64,000 bases of DNA, taken from assembly GCA_963705785.1 (NCBI GenBank), contig CAVPKV010000041.1:53612-117611 (forward strand). The letters are read 5' to 3'. This DNA is from an uncultured Solirubrobacterales bacterium. GTDB lineage: Bacteria > Actinomycetota > Thermoleophilia > Solirubrobacterales > Solirubrobacteraceae. A model generated the notes under the pieces. That model did not search any database. It was not told the origin of the DNA and was given only the letters and a program-made list of their open reading frames with translations. Of the stretch, positions 39,386 to 49,010 are shown piece after piece. The stretch's first letter is position 1, and each line of letters opens with the position of its first letter. The translations under genes and the position numbers were made by a program.

Positions 39386-40597
39386 TCAGCTCGGGCTCGT
39401 GGGGATCGTGACCGACATTTCGAGCCCACCGCCGGGTCGCGGGCGGGCGGTGATCTTGGCGTCGTGAGCGCTGGCGATCGCGCTGGCGATCGACAGGCCG
39501 AGCCCCACCCCGTCGGAGTGGTTGAGACGCTCCTTGGCGCGCGCGAATGGCTCGAACAGGGTTGGGATCTGCTCGGCGGGGACGCTGGGCCCGGTGTTGG
39601 CTATCTCGAACACCGCGCTGTCGGCCTGCTGGAGGGTGCGGATTCCGATCCAGCCACCTGTGTTGTTGTGTCGCACGGCGTTCTCGACGAGGTTGGCGAT
39701 CATGCGCTCGAGCAGCACTCGATCGCCGCGGGCGTTCGCGGGCCCGAGCGCGGCTTCGACCTTGATGTGGCGCTCACTGATCGCCGCGCGGGTGGCGTCG
39801 AGCGCGTCCTCGGCGGCGGTTGCTAGATCGACCGCTTCCTGCGCTGTAGGGCCGAGCTCGCTGGTGGCGAGGGCCAGCAGCGCATCAACGGTGGCTTCGG
39901 CCCGCTCGACCGATTGCTTGACCCGGGTGGCCATTGCCTCCAGCTGATCGGGCGTCCTCGTGGGCTTGGAGAGCGTGACCTCGATCGCCGTTCGCATCGC
40001 GGTGAGCGGAGTGCGCAGCTCGTGCGCCGCGTTGGCGACGAACCGCTTCTGGCTGGTGAAGGCGGCATCGAGCCGCTCGAGCATCACGTCGAAGGTGTCG
40101 GCCAGCTGCTTGAACTCATCATCTGGGCCGGTGAGCGCGAGGCGTTGACCGAGCCGCAGCTCGGAGGCCCGCCGGGCCGCCTCGGTGATCGAGCGCACCG
40201 GGCCCAGCGCTCGCCCGGAAGCGAGCCAGCCGAGGCCTGCCGCGACGAGGACCAGGATCCCGAGGCCAATCGCTGAGGCGATCCGCAGGGCGGCCAGCGC
40301 GTCTCCGCGCGCCCTGGCGCCGGCTCCGATGTCGCTCAGGTGGTTGCATTTCGCGTCCAGCAACGGCGTCGTGGGCAGGAGTTTGCACCCGCGCAACAAC
40401 TCTTTTTCGTGTGGCGAGAAGAACTTCGGCGGTGCGGAAGGGCGAGGCAGCAGCACCCCGGCCGCCAGCGCGTACGTCAGCGCCAGCAGCACCACCCCGG
40501 CCAGCAGGAACAGGACGCCGTAGAAGATGGCAAGCCGGGTGCGCACCCGTCGCGGCCACAGCCGCCGTAGGGCGACGGTCAGAACCACGGGGGTCAT
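39386..40597 (-). CDS. HAMP-domain sensor histidine kinase (CutS-like)
   Basis: Two TMs around a short loop with C-x12-C; FVANAAHELRTPL, NLVENAVRHN, LFEPF, GVGLGLSI; ATGA overlap with the response regulator. Confidence 0.93.
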   Translation of the reverse strand: MTPVVLTVALRRLWPRRVRTRLAIFYGVLFLLAGVVLLALTYALAAGVLLPRPSAPPKFFSPHEKELLRGCKLLPTTPLLDAKCNHLSDIGAGARARGDALAALRIASAIGLGILVLVAAGLGWLASGRALGPVRSITEAARRASELRLGQRLALTGPDDEFKQLADTFDVMLERLDAAFTSQKRFVANAAHELRTPLTAMRTAIEVTLSKPTRTPDQLEAMATRVKQSVERAEATVDALLALATSELGPTAQEAVDLATAAEDALDATRAAISERHIKVEAALGPANARGDRVLLERMIANLVENAVRHNNTGGWIGIRTLQQADSAVFEIANTGPSVPAEQIPTLFEPFARAKERLNHSDGVGLGLSIASAIASAHDAKITARPRPGGGLEMSVTIPTSPS

Positions 40598-41247
40598 TGC
40601 ACCCGGTATCCGGCGCCGACAATCGTCTCTATCACCTCGGGCCGGCCGAGCTTGCGCCGCAGGCGCCCGAGTGTCACCGCCACCGTGCGCGTGAAGGGAT
40701 CGGCGTTCTCGTCCCACACCCGCTCGAGCAGCTCCTCGGCGCTGACCACGGCGCCGTTCGCCGCCAGCAGCACCTCAAGTACACCCAGCTCCTTGCGTGT
40801 CAACGAAAGCTCCTGCCCCGCCCTGGTGGCGCGCCGTCCCGCCCTGTCGAGGACCAGGTCACCCTTGACCAAAAGCAGCGGCCCCGCCGGCGCGCGGCGG
40901 GCCAGGGCGTGCACCCGAGCGACCAACTCCTCAAATGCGAACGGCTTGGGCAGGTAGTCATCCGCGCCCAGGTTCAGACCGTCAACGCGATCGCCGATCG
41001 TCGCCGCTGCGGTCAACATCAAGATCCGTGCGTCCGACCCGCCGTCGCGCAGCGCCACGCAAACCGCGTCGCCATGGACCCGCGGCAGGTCGCGGTCGAG
41101 CACGATCACGTCGTAGCTATACACGAGACCCTTCTGCAGCGCGGCCGCCCCGTCATACGCGAGGTCGGTCGCGATCCCGCGATCGCGCAACCCCTCGGCA
41201 ATGTCGCAGGCGAGCTCCACGTGATCCTCGACCACCAGCACGCGCAC
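40594..41247 (-). CDS. OmpR-family response regulator (CutR-like)
   Basis: VLVVED, YDVIVLDRDLPRVHGD, GADDYLPKPFAF, LRRKLG..IETIVGAGY; CACGAT-N6-GTG leaderless start. Confidence 0.95.
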   Translation of the reverse strand: MRVLVVEDHVELACDIAEGLRDRGIATDLAYDGAAALQKGLVYSYDVIVLDRDLPRVHGDAVCVALRDGGSDARILMLTAAATIGDRVDGLNLGADDYLPKPFAFEELVARVHALARRAPAGPLLLVKGDLVLDRAGRRATRAGQELSLTRKELGVLEVLLAANGAVVSAEELLERVWDENADPFTRTVAVTLGRLRRKLGRPEVIETIVGAGYRVQ

Positions 41248-41253
41248 ACGCAC

Positions 41254-41361
41254 ATCGTGCACCACGGCACATCACAGCGCCATCACAGACCTCAACCGCG
41301 GTTGGCGCCCCAACGTCAGCGCTGGCGTGTTGCACTGGTGTGACGGGCAACCGGATATCAC
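41254..41361. promoter_or_regulatory. Divergent promoter with two oppositely oriented 11-bp-periodic direct repeats
   Basis: CATCACAG at 41270 and 41281 (TGTGAT-N5-TGTGAT toward the regulator); TGTTGC-N5-TGTGAC at 41328-41344 toward the lipoprotein. Confidence 0.65.
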
Positions 41362-41368
41362 CTACCTC

Positions 41369-41926
41369 ATGCTCAGACCTACCTCACGTCTTCCAATGGC
41401 CGCAGCCGCGATCGCCGCGGCGACGCTAGTCGCCGCGTGCGGCTCGAACTCCTCCAGCTCGTCCAGCTCCGGTGGCCACCCGACCCAGGCCCAAATTCAG
41501 CAAGAGCAGCAGGACGCGGTCAGGTTCGCCGACTGCATGCGGTCGCACGGGGTTCCCGGCTTCCCGGACCCGACGACCTCTCCCCACGCGTTCAAGAATG
41601 CGTTCAACACGAAGTCGCCCGCGTTCCAGTCCGGAGCCATGGTCTGCCGACACCTGCTGCCGGGCGGCGGCCACCCAAATCAGACCGCGGTGCACAGTCA
41701 GGCGCAGATCGCCGCGATGCTGGCGTTCGCGCGCTGCCTACGCAGCCACGGGTTCCCCAACTTCCCCGACCCGAGCAGCACCGGCGAGCTTACCCACGAG
41801 ATGGTCGCCAGCGCGGGGATCAACCTGCATCAGCCGGCGGTGCTCCAAGCGGGCGACGAGTGCACCAGCGTCACCCACGGGATCATCACCAAGGCCGTCG
41901 TGGCCCGCTTCGTCGCGGGGCAGTAG
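41369..41926 (+). CDS. Cys-rich lipoprotein with two FAxCM/LRSHG repeats (paralog of 38743-39312)
   Basis: Lipobox VAAC and poly-Ser; FADCMRSHGVPGFPDP...VCR; FARCLRSHGFPNFPDP...ECT. Confidence 0.85.
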   Translation: MLRPTSRLPMAAAAIAAATLVAACGSNSSSSSSSGGHPTQAQIQQEQQDAVRFADCMRSHGVPGFPDPTTSPHAFKNAFNTKSPAFQSGAMVCRHLLPGGGHPNQTAVHSQAQIAAMLAFARCLRSHGFPNFPDPSSTGELTHEMVASAGINLHQPAVLQAGDECTSVTHGIITKAVVARFVAGQ

Positions 41927-42021
41927 GCCGGTCTTGCGCGTGGTCTTGTGCCTGACGCTACTTTGTCTTCCCAGTTGGTTTAGTCGGGCAAATGGCCAAC
42001 GCCATGCCGTAGGAGGCATCC

Positions 42022-43557
42022 ATGGTTGGGAAGCGGGCGGTTCAGATCTTCTTGGTGATTGCGCTCGGGGCAGGTTTGGCGTTCGGCGTCCTGAGCGTGC
42101 GGTCGCCTGCGAAGCCCGAGCCGAGCCGCGGGGTGGGCGGAGCTCGGCGTCCAAACATCGTGTTCGTGCTCACCGACGATCTCTCCTGGAACCTCGTGAC
42201 GTCTCGATACATGCCGCATGTGGTCCAGCTCGAGCGGCGCGGCGAGACGTTTGACCATTACTTCGTCGCCGACTCACTGTGCTGCCCGTCGCGGTCATCG
42301 ATCTTCACTGGCCTGTTCCCGCACGACACTGGGGTCTTCACCAATCAGGGCAAAGATGGTGGCTATTTCGCCTTCACACACCACAGTCCCAACCTTGAGA
42401 CGAAGACCTACGCGGTTGCGATCCGGCCCGCGGGCTATCTGACCTCGATGATGGGCAAGTATCTCAACGGCTATGCCCAACGGCGCCCAAGGCGCACGAC
42501 CCACGTTCCGCCGGGGTGGTCCGACTGGCACGTCGCGGGCAACGGCTATCCCGAGTTCGATTACTACCTCAACGAGAACCGCGTTGTGCACTACTACGGG
42601 TCCCGGCCGGCGGACTACCTGACCGACGTGCTCGCCGGCCGAGCGACGGCGTTCATCAACCGGGCCGCACATGCCCGCAAGCCGTTTGTGATGGAGATCG
42701 CGACCTTCGCTCCGCACACCCCCTACACGCCAGCCCCGCGCAATCGCCGCGACTTTCCCGGGCTCACGGAGCCGCGGGACCCATCGTTCAACGCGGCCAA
42801 CACCGATCCGCCGTTGTGGTTGGGCTTACGCCGGCCTCTGACAAGCATGCAGATCCGCGAGATCGATCGGGAGTTCCGCAAACGCGCCCAGGCGGTCCAA
42901 GCCGTCGACAGGCTGCTCGGGGAGGTCGAGGCCACTCTCGCGGCCCACGGCCTCGCGCAGAACACCTACATAGTGTTCAGCTCCGACAACGGCTACCACA
43001 TGGGACAGCACCGGCTGCTGCCCGGCAAGCAGACCGCGTTCGACACCGATATCAGGGTCCCGCTAATCGTCACTGGCCCGGGAGTGCCGCACGATCGGGT
43101 CGTCTCACAGGTGGTGCAGAACATCGACCTCTACCCGACCTTCGTCGAGCTCGCCCACGGGACGCCAAGCTCACCGGTCGACGGCCACAGCCTCCTGCCG
43201 CTGCTGCACCCATCCCACGGCCCGCTGCCCCCCTGGCGCACGCTGGCGCTGGTCGAGCATCACGGGCCGACTCTGCCCGGAGACCCCGACCTGGAGAACG
43301 GAAACGGTGGCGGCAATCCGCCGGACTACGAAGCGATCCGTATCTCCGACCAGCAGTTCGGCAACGCCGTCTACGTCGAGTACACGACGACCGGCCAGCG
43401 CGAGTTCTACGACATCGACACGGACCCATTCGAACTAAACAACATCTACCTGACGCGGAACCCGGCCGAACAGGTCCAGCTCCACAACATGCTTCTTGCG
43501 CTCGAGAACTGCCACAGTGCGAGCGCCTGCTGGGCCGCCGGCGATCCGCAGCGCTGA
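42022..43557 (+). CDS. Secreted sulfatase (N-acetylglucosamine-6-sulfatase-like)
   Basis: RPNIVFVLTDD, LCCPSRSSIFTG (CxPxR), GKYLNGY, APH, SDNGYHMGQH; AGGAGG RBS. Confidence 0.93.
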   Translation: MVGKRAVQIFLVIALGAGLAFGVLSVRSPAKPEPSRGVGGARRPNIVFVLTDDLSWNLVTSRYMPHVVQLERRGETFDHYFVADSLCCPSRSSIFTGLFPHDTGVFTNQGKDGGYFAFTHHSPNLETKTYAVAIRPAGYLTSMMGKYLNGYAQRRPRRTTHVPPGWSDWHVAGNGYPEFDYYLNENRVVHYYGSRPADYLTDVLAGRATAFINRAAHARKPFVMEIATFAPHTPYTPAPRNRRDFPGLTEPRDPSFNAANTDPPLWLGLRRPLTSMQIREIDREFRKRAQAVQAVDRLLGEVEATLAAHGLAQNTYIVFSSDNGYHMGQHRLLPGKQTAFDTDIRVPLIVTGPGVPHDRVVSQVVQNIDLYPTFVELAHGTPSSPVDGHSLLPLLHPSHGPLPPWRTLALVEHHGPTLPGDPDLENGNGGGNPPDYEAIRISDQQFGNAVYVEYTTTGQREFYDIDTDPFELNNIYLTRNPAEQVQLHNMLLALENCHSASACWAAGDPQR

Positions 43558-43622
43558 CCTCGATTCAAACATCATTTATGAGGTGGTGGGCTTGCCCACT
43601 GCCAGATCGGAGGAGGATTCGC

Positions 43623-44975
43623 ATGACTGGCAAGGCTCTGTTCTGTCGTTGCGGCCGTGGGACGGCTGTCGCCGTCGTGGCGTTGTTCGCTGCGGTCAGC
43701 GCGGCGCCGGCGACGGCCAACCCTTTGGCGTACGTCCCGCTCGGTGACCTGGCGCCAGGTGGCTCGTCGGCAACGGGGGTAGCGGTTGTGAATGTCGGAA
43801 CGGGCGCGCGGATTGGCACGATCCCGCTTTCTGTGAGGGCGTTCTCGATCGCGATCAACCCGGCTGGCACCCGTGCCTACGTGGTCGACGAGAACGGGGT
43901 GGCCGTGATCAACCTGAAGACGAAGGCGGTCGTGAAGACGATCTCGGGCGTCGTCGGCGGCGACATCGCCGTCGATCCGAGCGGGACTCGTGTCTACGTG
44001 ACCAATGAGACCACGGACCAGCTCGACGTGATCAACACGGCCAACAACACCGTGAAGACATCGATTCCGGTCGGCAACCAGCCGCGAGCGGTCGTGGTGA
44101 ACGCCGCCGGCACGCGAGCCTATACGGGCAACACGCTCGCGCCTTACTCGATCTCGGTTGTCAATCTCAAGACCGACACGGATACCAGCGACGTGACCTC
44201 GGGGAACCTCAATCGGCCGGAGAACCTCGGCATTGCTCCGAGCGGCGCCACGGTCTTTGCCGCGAACTTCGGCACAAATGCAGGCGGGACGACCCTGGGC
44301 GTCCTTGACACCAGCAACAACACCGTGAGTTCGGTTGCCGTGGGTACGACGCCGACCAGCGTCACGGTCAACCCCTCGGGCACGAGGGCATACGTGGCCA
44401 ACCGGGACTCGAGCTCGCTGTCGATTATCAACACCGCATCATCGACGAACGTCGCGACCGTGCCGCTCGCCTTCCAGCCGGAACACATCGCGATCACCCC
44501 CGACGGGAAGCGTGCCCTCATCACGGGGCAGGACTCGAACACAGGCGACTTCAAGGACGCCGTCTTCGACCTCGTGAAACGCAAGATCGTCGCCGGGCCG
44601 GCGAGCCTACCGGATGCCAATGGCGCGGCCATCGCGCCCGCCGAGCAACCCGTACCGGCCATCAAGGCTAAGACCGGACTCGCCAAGAAGAAGACTCGCT
44701 TCGACGCCACCGCGTCGTCGGGCGGGCCGATCATCCGTTACGACTGGAGCTTCGGGGACGGGAAGAGAGCGTCCAACGCCGGGGCGACGGTCGCCCATGT
44801 CTACACCAAGGTCGGCCGCTACAGGGTCAAGCTGACAGAGATTGATGGATGTGCCCGTGCTGCCGTGTTCGGGCCGCTCGGGGTCTCGTTCAACGGCCAT
44901 TCGGCATTTTGCAAGGGGCGTCGTACCGGCCAGAGGACCCTGACCGTGCGGATAGGGGCCGGAGGGAGCGCGTGA
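43623..44975 (+). CDS. Secreted YVTN beta-propeller protein with C-terminal PKD domain
   Basis: PSGTRVYVTN repeats; FDATAS...YDWSFGDG...HVYTKVGRYRVKLT; GGAGGA RBS. Confidence 0.88.
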   Translation: MTGKALFCRCGRGTAVAVVALFAAVSAAPATANPLAYVPLGDLAPGGSSATGVAVVNVGTGARIGTIPLSVRAFSIAINPAGTRAYVVDENGVAVINLKTKAVVKTISGVVGGDIAVDPSGTRVYVTNETTDQLDVINTANNTVKTSIPVGNQPRAVVVNAAGTRAYTGNTLAPYSISVVNLKTDTDTSDVTSGNLNRPENLGIAPSGATVFAANFGTNAGGTTLGVLDTSNNTVSSVAVGTTPTSVTVNPSGTRAYVANRDSSSLSIINTASSTNVATVPLAFQPEHIAITPDGKRALITGQDSNTGDFKDAVFDLVKRKIVAGPASLPDANGAAIAPAEQPVPAIKAKTGLAKKKTRFDATASSGGPIIRYDWSFGDGKRASNAGATVAHVYTKVGRYRVKLTEIDGCARAAVFGPLGVSFNGHSAFCKGRRTGQRTLTVRIGAGGSA

Positions 44976-45030
44976 CGCTCGGCGCTGCGAGCTTCGGATC
45001 GATCTCGGCCGGCGGAAGCGGTAGGCCACC

Positions 45031-46138
45031 GTGAAGCCTTTGGACGGGACCCTGGGACCGCTGATTCCTGACGACAGCTCACCCGCTCGCCGGGGGCTGC
45101 GCCGGGTCCGTGGCATCACGGTTGAGGTGATGGCGTTCGTGCTCGTGACGCTGCTGTCGCCGTTGCTGTTGATCGGCGCTGTCGCGCTTGACATGGCGCT
45201 CTGGGTGCAGCGTCGTAAGCGCTGGATGGCCGTCCGTTTACTCGCCATGCTGTGGTGGTTCCTGGTCGGGGAGCTGTACGGATTGATCGGACTGCTCTGG
45301 ATCTGGGTGTCATCGGGTGGTCGCGACGGCCGTCGGCGGCGAGAGCGCGTGTACAGCCTCAAGCGTCGCTGGCTTGGCAGCCATCTCGCTGGCATTCGGC
45401 GGCTGTTCGGACTGCGGTTCCAGATCGAGGGGCTCGAGCTGGCCGGGCCAGGACCGATCCTCATGATGATTCGCCACGCGAGCATCATCGACAACACGCT
45501 GCCGGACGTGATCGTCGGCCGCGCCCACCGGCTCGGCTTCCGGTTCGTGATCAAACGCGAGCTCCAGATGCTTCCGACGATCGACATCGGTGGCCGCTGG
45601 GTGCCCACGCTGTTCGTGCGCCGGGCCTCGGGCGACACCGCGGCGGAGCTGAAGCGGATGCGCGCGCTGACCGTCAACCTGTCCTCCGATGAGGGCTTGC
45701 TGATCTATCCCGAGGGCACCCGCTGGACTCCCGAGAAGCTCGCCCGGGCCAAGGCGATCATCGCCGAGCGCCAGCCGGAAATCGCGCCACTCGCGCGATC
45801 GCCTGCGGTACGTGCTGCCGCCTCGGCTGGGCGGCACGCTCGTGCTGCTGGAATCGTCACGCGGTGCCGACGTGGTGATCTTCGGCCACGTTGGCCTCGA
45901 CGGCTTTGAGTACATCAGCGACATCTGGTCCGGCGGGTTGGTGGGCGCGACCGTCCGGCTGAAGTTCTGGCGCTTTCCGGCCAGCGAGGTGCCGAGCGAC
46001 CGCGACGAGCTGGTCGCCTGGCTGTATGACCGCTGGCAGGAGCTCGATGACTGGATCGCTGAGGTTCATTCAGCCGCGGGTTTGCGCTTGCCTGAAGATC
46101 GACGTGTTGTTCGTGCGCCGGATGATGGACCACGATGA
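45031..46138 (+). CDS. Lysophospholipid (PlsC-family) acyltransferase; frameshift near 45800
   Basis: N-terminal TMs; RHASIID (HxxxxD), FVIKREL, IYPEGTR; VLPPRLGG...WLYDRW in a shifted frame. Confidence 0.85.
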
Positions 46139-46230
46139 GGACCGGCGGTGGTCGAGAGCATCATCGGCCTGGCCGGCCAGTTCGGCAAAAAAGGTCATCA
46201 GCGCCACGCCCGCGCTTGAGCTGGGATGCG
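46092..46230 (+). pseudogene. Fragment of an EAL (c-di-GMP phosphodiesterase) domain
   Basis: LKIDVLFVRRMMDHDEDR, then in a shifted frame AVVESIIGLAGQFGKK, and LELGC. Confidence 0.65.
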
Positions 46231-46381
46231 TGGGCGCCATAGTCAGCTCGAGCCGATGGTCGTCCACTCCGAGGCGCTGCGGCGCGACTAGCGGCCACCG
46301 CGGACAGGCGGGTCAAGTTGGGAGCGCCGCCGTACGGTCGGCCGGGCGGCTGGGATGGGACGCCGGCGGTAGTCTCGTCCT

Positions 46382-46756
46382 ATGGCTGAGCAACCTGCTC
46401 TCATCATCCAGGTACCTAGCGGGAGCGCGATCGAGCGACAGTTGCGTGAGCAGCCTCCCGCGTCGCTGAAGACAGATGATGTCGTCGTGCAGACGGGCTC
46501 GACCGACGCGCGCGGCGTCCTGGAGGAATTCGGGGGTGATGTGGTCCTCGCCCTGCCTGCTCCTGAGGCGCTCGCGCGGCAGGCGGCCGAGCTCAGCCGT
46601 GTGCTTGACCAGGCCGGCACCGGGACGTCGCCTCTGGTTGTCGTGATCGAGGCCGGTGAAGAGTTACTGGAGGAGGAGGCGGCGCCACTCATGGCGGCCG
46701 CCCGTACAGCCCGCCGGCCGGTGATCCTGCGGATCGTCCGTCCGTCAGAGCATTGA
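46382..46756 (+). CDS. Hypothetical alpha/beta protein
   Basis: TAGTCT-N6-ATG leaderless start; alternating beta/alpha pattern. Confidence 0.65.
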   Translation: MAEQPALIIQVPSGSAIERQLREQPPASLKTDDVVVQTGSTDARGVLEEFGGDVVLALPAPEALARQAAELSRVLDQAGTGTSPLVVVIEAGEELLEEEAAPLMAAARTARRPVILRIVRPSEH

Positions 46757-46764
46757 TTCGGGCG

Positions 46765-48111
46765 CTAAAGCGCGCCCGTGGCGCTTCTCCGCCGGACCAG
46801 GGCGTCCACGGTGGCGGCGACCAGCAGCACGACGCCGGTGGCGATGTAGACGCCCTGGGCGTTGATCCCCATCAGCGCCAGGCCGTTGAACACCACGGCG
46901 ATCACGAGCCCGCCGAGCAGCGCGTGGAGGGGCTTGCCCCGGCCCCCGAACAGGCTCGCGCCGCCGATCACCGCGGCCGCCACGGCGTACAGCGTGTAGT
47001 TGCCGCCCGGCACGTCGGTCGAGATCGATCCCAGAAACGAGGCATAGACCAGGCCGGCGATGCCGGCCGTCATCGCGCTGAGGGTGAAGGCGACCCGCCG
47101 CACACGCTGGACGTTGATCCCGGCTCGCCGAGCGGCCTCGGGGTTGGCGCCGATGGCGTACATGTAGCGGCCGAGTCGAGTCCGGCTCAGCAGGACCGAG
47201 TAGACGAACAGAACGATCCCGACGAACGGCACCACCCACGGGATCCCCTTGAGCGGATTGATGCTGATGGAGCGGTTGAGGTTGCAGATGTAGACCAGCA
47301 GAATCCCGCCGATCGCCGCGAGCCCGATGGTGAGCAGCGTGATGCTGAGCGGCGGCGCGCTCAGGCCCTGGGATCGTCGGCGCGCGGCTCTGCCGATTGA
47401 CACCGCCGCGAACAGTCCGAGCAGGACGACCAGCACGATCCACCCCAGCGCCGTCGACATGTTGTTGTTGACCAGGTGGTAGACGGGGCTGGTTGTCGAC
47501 AGCGACATGACTCCGCCCACGGCCGAGGAGTCGGCGTTGGCCAGGATGATCATCACGCCCTCGGCGATCAGCAACCCCGCCAGCGTGACCACGAATGACG
47601 GGACGTGAAGCCTCGTGATGACGTTGCCCTGGACGTAGCCGTAGGCCGCGGTCGCGGCCAGCCCGCCCAGGATCCCCACCCACCAGGGCGCGTTCACCGG
47701 CGGCCCGATCAGCTCGGCGACAACGAAGCCGCCGACGCCGAGTACGTACCCGATCGACAGGTCGATCTCGGACAGGATCAGGGCGAACATCTGGGCCGCC
47801 CCGAGCAGGACATAGATCGACGCCTGCTGGAACAGGTTGACCAGGTTCTGAGCGGAGTCGAACTGCGAGCGCTCGATCTGGAAGAAGATGATGATCACGA
47901 CCAGGCCGAGGACGATCGGCAGAGCGCCGCTCTCGCCCGCCCGGATCCGCCGGCCCCAGGCCCTCAGGTACTCGCCCAGCGAGTCGGCCAACACCTCCGG
48001 CGCCACCGCGGTCACGTCGACGGCGGCCGCCGTCGTGTCGTCCTCAGCCCCGGGTGCGGATGTCGGCGCTTCCCGGACCTCCGCGGACCCTGAAGCCGTG
48101 TCGTCCATCAC
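46765..48111 (-). CDS. Sugar ABC transporter permease (XylH-like)
   Basis: EIDLSIG, VPSFVVTLAG, TRLGRYMYAIGANPEAARRAGI, AAAVIGGASLFGGRG. Confidence 0.92.
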   Translation of the reverse strand: MMDDTASGSAEVREAPTSAPGAEDDTTAAAVDVTAVAPEVLADSLGEYLRAWGRRIRAGESGALPIVLGLVVIIIFFQIERSQFDSAQNLVNLFQQASIYVLLGAAQMFALILSEIDLSIGYVLGVGGFVVAELIGPPVNAPWWVGILGGLAATAAYGYVQGNVITRLHVPSFVVTLAGLLIAEGVMIILANADSSAVGGVMSLSTTSPVYHLVNNNMSTALGWIVLVVLLGLFAAVSIGRAARRRSQGLSAPPLSITLLTIGLAAIGGILLVYICNLNRSISINPLKGIPWVVPFVGIVLFVYSVLLSRTRLGRYMYAIGANPEAARRAGINVQRVRRVAFTLSAMTAGIAGLVYASFLGSISTDVPGGNYTLYAVAAAVIGGASLFGGRGKPLHALLGGLVIAVVFNGLALMGINAQGVYIATGVVLLVAATVDALVRRRSATGAL

Positions 48112-48932
48112 CGCTCCTTGCTGGTCTCCGACGAACCGCGCTCCGAGCGGCCCGTGGTCATGTAATCGACGACCGAGCTTCGGTCGAACTCCGAGGCCGG
48201 CCCACTGGCCACGGTACGACCCAGGTAGAGGATCGCGATCCGATCGGCCACCTCAAAGACGTCGTTCAGGTTGTGCGAGACGACCATCACCGCGACTCCC
48301 TGGGAGGAGAGCCGTTTGATCAGCTCGAGCACCTGTTGGGTCTGGGCCACGCCCAGCGCCGCCGTCGGCTCGTCCATGATCACGAGCTGTGACTTGGCCA
48401 GCACGGCCTTGGCCACCGCGACCGACTGGCGCTGTCCGCCCGACAGCGACGCCACCGGCTGGCGGATCGACCTGATGGTCGTGACGTGAAGCTCGCGGAG
48501 CGTCGCCCTGGCCTGAGTCTCCATCGTGGCCTCGTCGAGGAACCGCCGCCGGACCAGCTCGTGTCCGAGAAACATGTTCTGGACGATGTCCAGGTTGTCG
48601 CACAGGGCCAGGTCCTGATAGATCGTCGTGATGCCGAGCCCCTCCGAATCCCGGGGCCCGTGGAGATGAACGGTCTTCCCGTCCCACACGATCTCCCCAT
48701 CGTCCGGAGCCCACAGCCCGGAGATCGTCTTGATCGTGACGGACTTGCCCGCCCCGTTGTCCCCCGTTAGCGCGGTCACCTTCCCGCGGGGGATCTCCAG
48801 GTCGATCTGACTCAGCGCCTGGACCGCACCGAAGCGCTTTGACACACCTTTGAGGGCAAGCAGGGGGGTGCCATTCGGGGCACTCCCGCCATCGCCCGCT
48901 GAGGTTGTCGTACCTCCCTCAGAAATGCTCAT
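48108..48932 (-). CDS. Sugar ABC transporter ATP-binding protein (single NBD)
   Basis: GDNGAGKS, YQDLALCDNL, LSGGQRQ, IMDEPTAALG. Confidence 0.93.
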   Translation of the reverse strand: MSISEGGTTTSAGDGGSAPNGTPLLALKGVSKRFGAVQALSQIDLEIPRGKVTALTGDNGAGKSVTIKTISGLWAPDDGEIVWDGKTVHLHGPRDSEGLGITTIYQDLALCDNLDIVQNMFLGHELVRRRFLDEATMETQARATLRELHVTTIRSIRQPVASLSGGQRQSVAVAKAVLAKSQLVIMDEPTAALGVAQTQQVLELIKRLSSQGVAVMVVSHNLNDVFEVADRIAILYLGRTVASGPASEFDRSSVVDYMTTGRSERGSSETSKER

Positions 48933-49010
48933 CTCTCCCCCGAGTGCTTCGGGGCTCTCCCACCTCTGTGGAAGAGCCCCTTGCACACTACAGGTAGACC
49001 CGGGTCAGGA

